The notes below the pieces were generated by a model. That model saw only the letters and a list, made by a program, of their open reading frames with translations, was not told the origin of the DNA and made no database searches. A stretch of DNA of 64,000 nucleotides from a bacterium (lineage in GTDB: Bacteria > SAR324 > NAC60-12), in contig CBDBHR010000026.1 in the NCBI GenBank assembly GCA_965205865.1, forward strand, positions 32,001 through 96,000. Direction: 5' to 3'. The translations under genes were made by a program, and so were the position numbers. Below are positions 42,223 through 53,496 of this stretch, one piece after another (positions within the stretch are counted from its first letter, which is position 1; every line of letters begins with the position of its first letter).

Positions 42223-43250
42223 TAAATACTAAGGAGGCATCAACTCCACCCCTAAAAAAGTTTAGCTCAGGGTTACTTTTCTTGAGTTCCAATACATCCG
42301 AAATTTGTACATCATACATTCTATCGATCTTGCCGGTTCGCAATGCCGCTAGCTTGGTAGTTTCATCTCCCATTATTATAAACTTGACAGCGTCGGCATA
42401 AGGCAGCTTGTTTTGCGGATGTCTCTCGTCGTAGCCCCAGTAGTCCGGGTTCTTTTTCAGGAGTACCGAAGAGTCAAGGACATAGTCTTCAAATATGAAC
42501 GGCCCCGTCCCTATACTATGCTTCCAGTCTTTGATCTCGTTGTCTTTCGCATCCGCGACTTCCGGAGGCACAATCGAAAACTTATCATAACCGCCCAAGA
42601 TCCTCTCTGCCATCTCGACTTTTGCCGGAGGTTTTAACTTGAACTCGACTGTGTACTTGCCAGTCGCTTTTACCGTTTCTATCTCTTTAGCCGCGTTTTT
42701 GTCGGTCCACTCACTCTTGATATGGCGGTTATAATTCCAGGCAACATCCTCAGCGGTAAGTTCGCGACCATTGACCGGGGGCTTGTTGTGCCAGCGAACC
42801 CCCTTTCGCAGTTGGACTGTGATGCTCAAACGGTCTGAAGCAATCTGCCAACTCTCGGCCAGCATTGGACCCAATATCTCCACCGGATACCGATTCCCTG
42901 TGTGAGCGGAAGCCTTCAACGCCTCTTTGTTTCCAGCCCAGTCACCCCAAGCGAGCTTTTCAAAAACGTAGGTCAGTGGCTCCATACATCCGTAGCGAAG
43001 AAAGTCGAAGTTATTACAAAAAAATACTCCAGTTCTGGTCGAGAGATTGATCGTCCCCCCATATTTTGGCTCATCTGCGGCAAAGGCGTGAGGTGCTGCC
43101 AGCACAAATGCCATCATCAGCAAATAAATTTTCATAAATGATCCGTAAAGGATCCCCGTTTTCTTAAAAGACATAACTTCTCCTTTATTTTTATTTAGAT
43201 AATTAATTTTCAAAAAAGATCCAGAAAGGATCCTTATTTTTTTAATAGAC

Positions 43251-45002
43251 CCCAAATTGAGCGATTCTAAAAAAGGATCAGATTTTCAAGATGATTTTTT
43301 TGCCTGAGAAAGGCAATCATTCTGAAATCAGATTTTGATCATCAAATCCATGGATGTTTGAGTGAGAATGAGCATCAAAATGCTGTTTTCAGATGTGGAA
43401 GGTCTTCATTTCTCATGTTTTGGACGCACTTATCCCCTTAAACTTTAATGTTTTTGTTTTTTAATTGAAGCGAAACCCGTTGATCAGATTGGCGCCAATG
43501 CGTGCTGGCAGGTGGCAAATAGTTGGTCCAATTGCAAGCGCTCAAAGGTCTTTTTTGGTATTTTCAAGATCAGTTTTCCGGCATGACGAAGCAGTTTGCC
43601 TGCCGTATCAAGAAACTGGCGCCGGAAGGTATCAGCATACATCGTTACCGCAATCACTGGCTTGCTGACATCTTCTTTGAAGGATTCGAAGAGGTTATTG
43701 CCAAGCAGCATCAGATAGTACCATGCGGTATTGGAAATGAAGTCCTTGAAGGGAAGTTGTTGATGACCAAAGTTTTTCAGCGCCCGGTTGGCCAGTTCAT
43801 CCTTTCCCCGTCCGTGGTACGAGCCAAGGATGCTATGAGCATCGATGCGCTTTTCTTCAGCGGCTTGGCTGAGTTGGCCATCAATGGCCTCTCCCATACC
43901 AAGGTTCGTAATGATCACGCCATCATGATCCAAACCCGGCAAAGAGAGTTGGCTATCGTGTTCAATCAAGCGGCTGTAGATCGTGCGACGAGCCTTCTTC
44001 CATGTCCCCTGCTGGCTCTTAAACTCGGTGTACTGCCAGATCTCCTTCTTGCCCGATGAAGTGAAGGTCTGCCAGTCAGTGGCTTCTTCCGCAGCATTCC
44101 TCACATTGGCATAGGACTTTCCTCCGCTTCAGCTAACCGATGTTCAGTCGTTCACAGGTTTCAAAGATTTTTTCGTCAAAAAAACCGGTGTCCATGCGCA
44201 CCATGATTGGTACATCATCTCGGTATTGGCGGCGAATCCTTTTCACGATATGAACCAGCATATTCTGAACAGTTTTCCCGTGATTCGAATGTTTGCTACC
44301 TCCGCGAAAAACTGCGTCAACCATATAACGACCCCAATTCATCTGCAGGGGATGAAATCCTTTGACCATCTTGTAAGTCGGCTGGACACCATGGCGTTTC
44401 AGGGCATCATCATTATCAAGTACCATCGAATCCAGACCCAACACAATCACCGTTGGACAAGTCTTCTTCAGTCTCCAGATAAACAGTATCTGCAGCAGAT
44501 GACGAAACAGGTAGACTCGTACAAAAGAGAACTTTCCAAAAAATCTTTTCACGGCATGCGAGGAGGCAAGGTCTTGCTCACTGCATGACAGCAAGGCGGC
44601 ATAACCCTCGCCCCTTTTGAGGTGATCGAACCAACTGAGATGACGGCTGCTGCCGTCCATGAAAAAACAGAGGATCTGCGCAAAAAAATCAGAGACAGCA
44701 ATTCCTTTTTTATTTTTACGCATCGAACCAAACAACCTTTCGATGATCGGCATCAGCCGAATGCTTTGCAGATACTGGGCAAACAAGGCCAATCCGGCAC
44801 GACTTGTCAAGTGTTCATCGGTTGGCTGAATGGCATCAATTATCTGTTTCTTTTTATCCTGAACTGTTATATTTTTTCCCATAAAGCTCTCTACCTGTTG
44901 GGTTGTGTTAGATTTTGTGAATTTTTTTATTTTAACCACTGAAATATAACACATTTTTCCCAAGGTTGGGAGCTTTTTTTATTACGAATCGCTCAACTTA
45001 GG
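43251..45002 (-). mobile_element. IS1380-family element (1752 bp)
   Basis: IRs CCCAAATTGAGCGATTC / GAATCGCTCAACTTAGG and a TAGAC duplication (43246-50 and 45003-07). Confidence 0.88.
43484..44963 (-). pseudogene. IS1380 transposase, disrupted near 44110-44135
   Basis: LTSRAGL, RMDTGF and YHGRG.DE motifs split over two ORFs. Confidence 0.85.
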
Positions 45003-45092
45003 TAGACATCACTTCTCCTTTATTTTTAGTTTGATTGAAGGAATAAAAATTCATTAATTTGATTGCATTCATAACTTCTCCTTATATTTATT

Positions 45093-46146
45093 GGCTTTGT
45101 TTGCGATAAATATTGATATATTTTTTACATCTGTCATACTGTCTCCTGAACTGCTAAATTTTTTATAGGAGAAGGAGATGGATCATACTGAATTCAAACA
45201 ATATCTTTCACATCTTGAGGAGTTGAGTCCGGCACAAAAAAGGAAGCTGTCCGATGTTTTGCGAGTCAAGGATGAAGGCGAGGCAGTCGCAGAGACACTT
45301 GAGAAGCGCATGAGCGGGGACGGTCACTGCCCTCATTGCAAGCATAATCAATTTCAAAGGTGGGGAATATCACACGGGATGCAACGCTACCGTTGTAAAA
45401 GCTGCCTGAAGACCTTCAACGCAGCCACTGGGACTCCCTTGGCGCGCCTGCGGAAAAAGGAGAAGTGGCTGGAGTATTCCAAGGCGATGGTTGACGGCCT
45501 GAGTGTCCGCAAGGCGGCCAGAAAATGCGGGATCGACACCACCACCAGTTTCCGCTGGCGTCACCGTTTCCTGCGTGGGTTGAGGGACAAGAAGGACAGC
45601 AGTCTCAAGGGGATAGTCGAGGCCGACGAGACCTTCTTCCTGGAGTCGTTCAAAGGTTCGCGAAACCTGGGGCGCACAGCTCGCAAAAGGGGCGGCAAGG
45701 CCACGAAGCGGAGGTTGTCTGCGGAGCAAATCCCGGTTCTGATCGCAAGGGACCGCCACGGAGAGATGACGGACGACGTGCTGAAAGACCTCAGCGAAGT
45801 CTCGATCACCAAAGTGCTCAAGCCTGTCTTGGCACAGGATGTGGTCCTTTGCACGGACGGGAACCAATCTTATCGGTCATTCGCGGACACTGAGAAGATC
45901 GCGCATGTCCGGCTGATCGCCTCCAATGAGAGCAGGGTCATTAACAAGGTCTATCACATTCAAAATGTCAACGCATATGACAGCCGTTTAAAAGGCTGGA
46001 TGCGCCGATTCAATGGGGTTGCAACAAAATACCTCCCGAATTACTTGGGATGGAGGCGATGCCTTGAAAAACAGGGAAATTCAATCGCACCGGTGACCTA
46101 TCTCAACTGTGCTTTGGAGAGACCAATACTAAACGCAAACAGAGCT
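45093..46146 (+). mobile_element. IS1595-family element
   Basis: IRs GGCTTTGTTTGCG / CGCAAACAGAGCT; no target duplication seen. Confidence 0.8.
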
Positions 46147-46266
46147 AAGAACATTGTCTTCTATCGCCATCTTCTCAAAGACCGGAGCGTCTTCTCGAAT
46201 TTCAAATCCTTCTCAAGTCTTTCGCATTCGTCGTTTAGGACTCAGATTCGCTTGTTGAGCAAATAA
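45178..46266 (+). CDS. IS1595 transposase (reads past the right IR)
   Basis: CPHC...CKSC zinc ribbon, VEADETF and GVATKYL.NYL motifs. Confidence 0.9.
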   Translation: MDHTEFKQYLSHLEELSPAQKRKLSDVLRVKDEGEAVAETLEKRMSGDGHCPHCKHNQFQRWGISHGMQRYRCKSCLKTFNAATGTPLARLRKKEKWLEYSKAMVDGLSVRKAARKCGIDTTTSFRWRHRFLRGLRDKKDSSLKGIVEADETFFLESFKGSRNLGRTARKRGGKATKRRLSAEQIPVLIARDRHGEMTDDVLKDLSEVSITKVLKPVLAQDVVLCTDGNQSYRSFADTEKIAHVRLIASNESRVINKVYHIQNVNAYDSRLKGWMRRFNGVATKYLPNYLGWRRCLEKQGNSIAPVTYLNCALERPILNANRAKNIVFYRHLLKDRSVFSNFKSFSSLSHSSFRTQIRLLSK

Positions 46267-46337
46267 TTCGACAAAGCTTCGATTTCCTAAAGCAAAGGCT
46301 GTGGACTCTTGATAAGAAAATTTTATTTAAGTCACCG

Positions 46338-47324
46338 TCATAACCCAAATGCGTCAGCCTGTTCACAAACTCGCGCGATCAATCCCGGCAGTCTGCCATG
46401 TAGCTCCAGTTCCGGGCGAGCATATGTCCAGCCTATGGATGCCATGGCGCGGATCAGGAAAAAGAGCGAAACCAGTTCCACCGCGGCGTCATCGAGTGGG
46501 CGTTCGACACGGTATCCTGCAATCAGTGCCTCAAATAGTAAATCAAAATGGGGGCTGTCCTGGTAGTAGTAGAGGGCAACAGCCAGCTCATATTGATGCC
46601 ATCCAAACCCCGAATCATCAAAGTCGATAACGTGCAGTTGTTCGCCGTTTACGAGCAGATTACCGGGGTGGAGGTCGGAGTGAATCAGGCTATAAGTTCC
46701 CTGCTCTTTGCCGTAATCGGACAATATCCGGTAGATTGAGGCACGGGCGCTGAGAATACGCTTGCGCTCCGCCTTGGTTAGCATGGGGAGATCCCAGAAC
46801 GGCCCCCAGAAAGGAGCATTGCCCATCAGCCCATCGGCATCGAAGGCGTGACGCTGAAAGCCGGCGGGAATCTGCCAGCCTATAGCCTGATTGTGGATCC
46901 GGGCGGCAATCCGGCCAAGCTGCTCGAAATAGCTCACAAGTATCTGCTTATCAGAGGTTTGCTTCAGCATATTGCTGAGCGGCTCGCCCTCGAACCATTC
47001 AACGATGCCCACGTGTCGTTCCTCAGTCGATCCGGGCATGGAGACGCACGTGTAGCCGCGACCGTCCACCGTCATTTTGGGTACAGGCACGTCAAGGCCG
47101 GCTTGATTTAACGCCGCGGTCCACTGTTGCTCCGCATTGAGTTCTGCCAGGGTGTGATAGCCAGGGCGATGCATGCGCAGGACGTAGGTCTGGTCCATGT
47201 CCGTATCGAGGCGAAAGACAATATTCTCGGATTTGGAGATGAGAGCGATCTCCGTGACAGAGAGATCCCACTCAACTAAGGCCTGTTTGGCGACCCTGCG
47301 CAGGAGGTCATCTGTCACCATCAT
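46338..47324 (-). CDS. APH-family phosphotransferase (homoserine kinase II/hydroxylysine kinase-like)
   Basis: SENIVF, LIHSDLHPGN and IDFDD motifs. Confidence 0.88.
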   Translation of the reverse strand: MMVTDDLLRRVAKQALVEWDLSVTEIALISKSENIVFRLDTDMDQTYVLRMHRPGYHTLAELNAEQQWTAALNQAGLDVPVPKMTVDGRGYTCVSMPGSTEERHVGIVEWFEGEPLSNMLKQTSDKQILVSYFEQLGRIAARIHNQAIGWQIPAGFQRHAFDADGLMGNAPFWGPFWDLPMLTKAERKRILSARASIYRILSDYGKEQGTYSLIHSDLHPGNLLVNGEQLHVIDFDDSGFGWHQYELAVALYYYQDSPHFDLLFEALIAGYRVERPLDDAAVELVSLFFLIRAMASIGWTYARPELELHGRLPGLIARVCEQADAFGL

Positions 47325-47333
47325 GCATCACCA

Positions 47334-48614
47334 CTACCAGGAACGTATCACCTCGTCAAATGCGCTGAGAAACAGGTCGGCATGTTCCTGTTTGAAGACC
47401 AGCGGGGGACGAATCTTGAGTACATTGCGTAGTGCGCCCGCGTTGCTAATGAGGAAGCCCTTCTCCTTCAGGCGATTCACGATGACGACCGCACCGTCGG
47501 AATCCGGAATTTTGGCAACCCGGTCGCTAACCCACTCTATGCCGATGAACAGGCCGTGTCCACGGACATCGCCCATAGGCTCACAACGAGCCTGTAATTT
47601 CCTCAGTTCACTGCGCAGGTAGCTGCCGACCTGCGCAACACTCTCGCGCAGCCCTTCGTTTTCGATCACGTCGATGACAGCCGTGCCTGCCGCCGACTGC
47701 AGCGGACTTGAGGCAAACGTGTTAAAGTAGCGTTTCTGCCGGCGGAAGATATCCACCAATTCCTTGGATGCGGCAACACCAGCCAGCGGCATACCGTTCC
47801 CCATGGGCTTGCCCATGACGACGATGTCCGGCACAAAGTCCATCACCTCGTAGCCCCACCACTGACCGCTGCGACAGAAGCCGGCCTGTACTTCATCGGC
47901 AATGAACACGCCACCCGCTTGGCGTACCATGTCAGCCGCCAGAGGCATAAAGTTCGGTGGAATATCCGGCAACCCTTCGTTTGCCAGCATTGAACAGACC
48001 AACATACCGGCCAGGGGAATGCCCCTCGCATTGAACCCTTCGATGGCTGCCTGGACTTCGGCCAGATAGAGTTCCGTCAACTCTGCGGGCGCCGCAGCCT
48101 CTTTAAGCGGGCGATATTGCTGTGGAAATGGAATTGCCCATACGGCGTCGTCTGGCGATCCCGCATTTTGTGACACGCGAGTCAGTTTCCCCACTTCAGC
48201 GCTATTGCCATGGTAGGCAGCGTCGGTGCAGATGATGCCACGACCACCGGTCGCCGTGCGGGCCATACTCAGGGCAACTTCATTTGCCTCCGTACCGGTG
48301 CAGGTGAAGACCACGCTCGTTATGGGATCGGCATGGAGATTGGTCAGGCGTTCGGCGTAGTCCAATACGCCTTCATGGAGATAGCGGCTGTGAACGTTGA
48401 GCGTGCTCGCTTGCTTGCGCATAGCCTCGACCACGTGGGGGTGGCAGTGGCCAACGCAAGCTACATTGTTATACATGTCAAGGTAGCGACAACCGTCAGC
48501 ATCGAAGAGCCATACGCCTTCTCCACGGACGATGTTGACAGGTTCTTTATAGAAAAGGGGGGCTCCGGCTCCCAGTAGTCGTTCGCGGCGGGCGAATAGT
48601 TCGGTTGCGGTCAT
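47334..48614 (-). CDS. Class III PLP enzyme (aminotransferase/phospho-lyase-like)
   Basis: YLDMYNNV, IADEVQAGF, MGKPMGNG and FNTF motifs. Confidence 0.9.
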   Translation of the reverse strand: MTATELFARRERLLGAGAPLFYKEPVNIVRGEGVWLFDADGCRYLDMYNNVACVGHCHPHVVEAMRKQASTLNVHSRYLHEGVLDYAERLTNLHADPITSVVFTCTGTEANEVALSMARTATGGRGIICTDAAYHGNSAEVGKLTRVSQNAGSPDDAVWAIPFPQQYRPLKEAAAPAELTELYLAEVQAAIEGFNARGIPLAGMLVCSMLANEGLPDIPPNFMPLAADMVRQAGGVFIADEVQAGFCRSGQWWGYEVMDFVPDIVVMGKPMGNGMPLAGVAASKELVDIFRRQKRYFNTFASSPLQSAAGTAVIDVIENEGLRESVAQVGSYLRSELRKLQARCEPMGDVRGHGLFIGIEWVSDRVAKIPDSDGAVVIVNRLKEKGFLISNAGALRNVLKIRPPLVFKQEHADLFLSAFDEVIRSW

Positions 48615-48833
48615 GGTTTCCTCATTTTATTTACTGTCTCATCTACCACAAATATGCCTCTGAAAAAATACCACTGACAAACACGCTGGGGAGCAGTCGA
48701 AAATTAGCGCACGGTTGGGCGATGAGCGATTCTGTTTCAGGATGGATTACTATATCCAAAGATAACACATCATCCCAGAGATGAACAGTGAGCTGATCAT
48801 TTCTCGAAAATTTTGTCAAGTGTCCAACATATT

Positions 48834-49761
48834 AAGAACTTATCCTTAAATAACATTAACTTTCCGGTAAGATATGATAGCTGCAGCCAATTGAAGCAGT
48901 GCGAGATAAGTTTGATTATATTTTTCGAATCGGACCATTATCTTGCGAAACCTGTTGAACCATGAATGGCTCACCTCGACGACCCATCTTCTGGGTCTGT
49001 ATTGGGGATTTGCTTTTTTTTCTTGAATCTCTTCACCCCGTTTTTTCACATGTGGCGCATAGTCATTGGATCGAATTATCTGTGATGCTGGCTCACCGTA
49101 GTAGCCTTTGTCTGCGCACAGATGTTGTTCAATGCCCTCAGGCCGCGCAATGACGATTTCCTCCAAGACCAATTCCAACTGTGTCATCATGCCGGTTCGC
49201 CCCGGTTACGACGAGGGACAGCGGGACACCACGGCTGTCAACCGGCAAATGACGCTTGCTCCCTTTTTTTTCCCCTGTCAGTCGGGTTTCGACCAACGGT
49301 TTCCTGAGCCAGAGGGGCTTTGACAGTCGTGCCGTCTATGTTTTGCCATTTCCAGGAGATTCCTTCCATCTCATCATATTCGGCAAGTCCGGCTTGCCAA
49401 AGCGACAAAAAGAAACCCGCTTCATTCCAACGCATGAAATGAGCATGGATGGCACTAGGGCTCCCATATTTTTCCTTGGGAAGAGCTCTCCATTGACAAC
49501 CGGTGCGCAAAACATATACAATTCCCTCGAAAATTTGGCGCGCAGGCATTGGCTTTCTACCACCACCTGGTTTGCGTTTGTAGGTCTTGTTCGGGTCACG
49601 TTTGGGTTTTGGTATCAGTGGCTCCACTCTGGCCCAAAATGAATCAGATACTTCCCACGACTGTACTTTTGCCATATAGCCTCCATGCGTTTATGGTTGA
49701 ACATGAAGACAAAAATATTGCAGGAAATACCAATTTTCAAGTTATTTAAGGATAAGTTCTT
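48834..49761 (-). mobile_element. IS5-family element with a two-frame transposase (49238-49675 and 48846-~49260)
   Basis: Perfect inverted repeat 48831-48854 / 49741-49764; GGGGAAAAAAAA slippery site; RTGCQW and RWVVE motifs; an extra indel near 49190. Confidence 0.88.
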
Positions 49762-49821
49762 AATCATATTTTTATGGAATCCTTTGTTGACGTGATTACG
49801 GAATTTCCGTATATTTAGATT

Positions 49822-50091
49822 TTGAAATTTGAATGGGATGAAAATAAGAACCAAATAAATATTGAATCTCATGGTCTCTCTTTTCAAGAGGCTATTCCAG
49901 TTTTTTTCGATGAATTACGAGTTGAACTGGATGATACTTCCTCGGATGAGGAACGATTTAATGTAATCGGAATGGTTCAAGGCCGCATTCTTTATGTTGT
50001 GTATACTTGGAGAAGAAGCAACATTCATATAATTTCAGCAAGAAAGGCAGAAAAATATGAAGAAAAAGAATATTACAACTATTACCGCTAA
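49822..50091 (+). CDS. BrnT-family toxin (DUF497)
   Basis: FEWDENKN, HGLSF and IISARKA motifs. Confidence 0.88.
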   Translation: MKFEWDENKNQINIESHGLSFQEAIPVFFDELRVELDDTSSDEERFNVIGMVQGRILYVVYTWRRSNIHIISARKAEKYEEKEYYNYYR

Positions 50092-50418
50092 TTCTTTAGA
50101 AGAAATTCTTCAAGGAAAAACAGATTGGAAAAGAATTGACGCAATGACGGAGGAAGAAGCACACCAAAACGCATTAAATGATCTCGATGCGCCACCTTTA
50201 TTTTTACGTAAAGATCTTCAACCCACAGTAGATGTTAAATTGATACGGGCAAAAATGAATATGACACAACAAGAGTTTGCCAAAAAATTCATCTTTCGTT
50301 GCCTACTCTACGAGATTGGGAGCAGAGGCGAGTTCGACCGGATCAGGCAGCAAGAACATTGTTAAGAGTAATAGAACAAAATCCGGAAGCGGTGGAAAAC
50401 GCACTTAAAATTGCATAA
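50057..50418 (+). pseudogene. HTH-XRE antitoxin, frameshifted near 50285
   Basis: TDWKRIDAMT and MTQQEFA, then in another frame TLRDWEQRR.RPD.AARTLL.VI. Confidence 0.75.
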
Positions 50419-50657
50419 AAATCGAACAAGATGTTTCATCGGACACCCACCACAGCAATTCTTTCAACATTTTTAGATAAATAGGGACTGCAGAAAAAAG
50501 TTTGACGGAGCTTGCGGAGGCTTTTCCTTGCCTGTCGGCAGACAGGGTTGCGAGACGGTTTGGCTCATGTTTCAGCGTAGCCATCCTGTTTTGCGTCCTC
50601 GCCGGGTCAGTTTCGAGGTTGATTTCCGAAAAAAAACCAATTGATTTGAGTCGGTCC

Positions 50658-51611
50658 ATGGCGAGGAAAAAATGTTTGCATGTTCAGGGAGACTATTATC
50701 AGGTGATGATTCGGGGAAATGGAAGAGACAATATTTTTATGATTGATCAAGATCGGGAAGCATTTTCGAGTTTGATTGCTGAAGGGATTGAAAGATATCA
50801 ACATCGGATTCACGCTTTCTGCTGGATGAGCAATCACGTCCATCTGCTGATTGAAGTGGGAGAACGTCCTTTATCCGATATTATACAAAATGTTTCATTT
50901 CGCTACACCCGTTATCTCAATAGGCGCTTAAAACGAATGGGACATTTGTTTCAGGGAAGATACAAAGCCCTTCTTGTCAATGAAGATCAATAGTTGCTGG
51001 AATTAGTCCGTTATATCCATCTCAATCCCGTCAGAGCCGGAATTTCAAAAACTGCCGATGCTCATCGTTAGAGTGGGCATCATGCTTATTTGGGCAGAGA
51101 AAAATATTTCTGGTTGACTCAAGAAGAGGTTTTGGCACGCTTTTCAAAAAGAAAAGGCCAAGCACGCGCCCTTTATGCGCAGTATATTTCTGAAGGGATT
51201 GGAGAAAGACGCCGTGCTGAATTTCATAGGGGTGGCAAAGAGGTTGGTTTATCAGGAGATGATGCCTTTATCGAGAAAATTCGGCCTTCCGATGAAACGA
51301 TCAAACGAAACACCGTTCCGACGGAAAATTTATTGAAGGCTGTGCTTGAGAGAGAAGGTGTGAGTGAAACAGAAATAAGATCGGCCAGTCGTACTCGCAA
51401 ATTAGCCTTGGCGCGGCAATGGTTGGCCTATCTTATCTCTGAATTTGGAGAAGAGAATTTAACGCAATCAGGCCAGTTTTTGAGGCGAGATGTTTCAACA
51501 TTGAGCAATGGAGTGAGAAAAATTTGGACACTCACCCAAACCCACTCTGAATGGAAACAGAAATCGGTTCGCTATCAAATGCAAATTAATAAACCAATAA
51601 CAAAGGCCTGA
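50658..51611 (+). pseudogene. REP-associated (Y1/HUH) tyrosine transposase with a C-terminal HTH, two in-frame stops
   Basis: RGNGR, MSNHVHL, GHLFQGRY and YIHLNP motifs; stops at 50991 and ~51069; the gene ends at GCCTGACCCC. Confidence 0.82.
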
Positions 51612-51629
51612 CCCCTACTCGAAACACAG

Positions 51630-51757
51630 GGACGCCCTTTGTGATCAGTCGTCTGGAAGTTGTGCTTGATGATCTCGGAGAGAAATTAGCAGAGGAGATG
51701 GTCGTGATTGTGGAAGACGGGCGTTATCGGATGAGACGCTTGCCAATCGGAAAATAG
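51630..51757 (+). pseudogene. Possible DUF5615/PIN-like 3' fragment
   Basis: VVIVEDGRYRMRRLPIGK*. Confidence 0.35.
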
Positions 51758-51907
51758 GATAACAGTAGTGTTCACGGATATCAAAAATAGAATTGAATCC
51801 GAAGAAGTGATGTTGACTTCCCAGCGGGTCTTCCGTTTCCGGTAAAAAATCCCTCCCACCCGCTGGGCCGGAGGGAAGGAGGAAGAGGGTTCGTTTAAAA
51901 CAAGGGA

Positions 51908-52127
51908 CTAAAACCCCATTTTCTTTTTCAGTTCCTGGTCAATCCAGATGCGGGCGAATAAGGCCTTAAATTGATGATTTCCCAGATGCGCTTTGCCGTT
52001 ATACCCTTTGACCAAAGGCCGGGTCACTTGAAACATCGGGGAATCGGGCCCCATATGTTCCAATGCTTCTCTATGATATACATATCTGCCTCTCGGAACA
52101 ACCTCTGGTACTCCTCGAGGTCATTAG
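51908..52127 (-). pseudogene. 3' fragment of a second family 5 substrate-binding protein
   Basis: VKGYNG...ARIWIDQELKKKMGF*, paralogous to the 39294 tail. Confidence 0.7.
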
Positions 52128-52133
52128 TAGCTA

Positions 52134-53489
52134 GACCCTAGCCGAAAAGGGTTTCGAAAATAGTAAATGTAACCAATTTGATTCTATTTGATTCTCTATT
52201 TGATTCAATATGACGAGAAAACGATTTATTTTTGTTTTTTATTCGCCCACGGCACAGTTTTTATAGGGAAAAAATCTTTTTTGGACATACTTTCCTCGCC
52301 CCTGCTCATATTTCACACTCCCCCATTGAATATTCAGGCCGCTTGTTTGAGTTGTCTTTTTTTCAACTCAATCATTTTGCAAAAATTATAGGTTAATGCT
52401 TTTTCCAGCAACTCTGCCCGAACGTTTTCAATCCCTCTGCGCATAACTTGTCCGAAATGGAAACGATGCTTAAGATGAAACATCAACGACTCTGCAGCAG
52501 ATCTTCCATTTCGTGATTCCAAATAGATTTCACTTTCCCATTCTTCAATCGGGGTCATCTTTTTTCTCTTTACCCCACTAATACTAAAAACCTTAACGCC
52601 TTTGCCCATCCACTTTTCTCTGATCGCCTGATTGGCATATCCATCATCAAGGCTCACTTCAGAGGGAATGGTGATGGTGCATCGCAAATGTTCAACAAGG
52701 GCAGGGTCGAGTTGCCCTGAATCAGCAGCATTGCCCTCCGGAGTAATTAACACGGAAATAAAACCATTTCCGCTCCTTCCTAATTGAGGCTTATATCCGA
52801 TAAGCGCTTCTCGATCTCCCTTTTGAATATAAGCCGAGCTCTGATCGGAAAGACTCAATACTTTCTCAGTGGAAGGAACCTTCTTTTCTTCAAAAACTCT
52901 TTGATGACAGTAGATGATTACCCGTTGCAAATTAGAAATATCTTCATTCATCATTTCAATGAGGCGAATCAAACGCGTTTTCCGAGAAGGGGGGAGAAGA
53001 GCTTTTTGGGCACGGATATCCACCTTTGCCATTTCTTTTAAAAATTTCCCATGAACGCTTTGAGCTTTCTTCAATAGGGTTTTGTAATGTTTTTTTCGCT
53101 TCGTTTTACTGTCCTTTTTACCTGTCTCAAAAGCAATCATCTTAGAGAGCTTATTCATCTCCTTGATATGGATTCCGGGCTTCCTGCCATCGTTTATCCT
53201 CTAAACGCTCTTTCTTTTTATTTCTTGCGTATTTCTCCAAATCCTGTTCAATTTTGTCCAATATCTCCGGCTCTCGCTCAGACAATTGATCAAGTTCTGA
53301 TAAGAAATTTTCAAATTCTGTATCAGGAGCGCTTAAAATAAGATGTTTTTCTGCTCGAATGAATGGTTTCATTTTGGGTGCCATAATTCTTAATATTGAA
53401 GTTATTCACAGTTATTTCAATGAATTATGGCACTTTTTAACCTCAAGTTTAAAGATATAATTCTAAAAAATACCTTTTCGGCTAGGATC
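52134..53489 (-). mobile_element. Internally deleted ISNCY-like element (transposase fragments 52334-53384)
   Basis: IRs GACCCTAGCCGAAAAGG / CCTTTTCGGCTAGGATC; SLDDGY and RSAAES motifs. Confidence 0.8.
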
Positions 53490-53496
53490 TAGCTCT

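Larger units (their letters stand above)
39294..43174 (-). pseudogene. Family 5 ABC substrate-binding protein, split by an IS and frameshifted
   Basis: PKYGG, LAESW, IGTGPF and AALRTGKID in the 5' part. PFDDVRVRQA and WIDQ in the 3' fragments. Confidence 0.88.
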
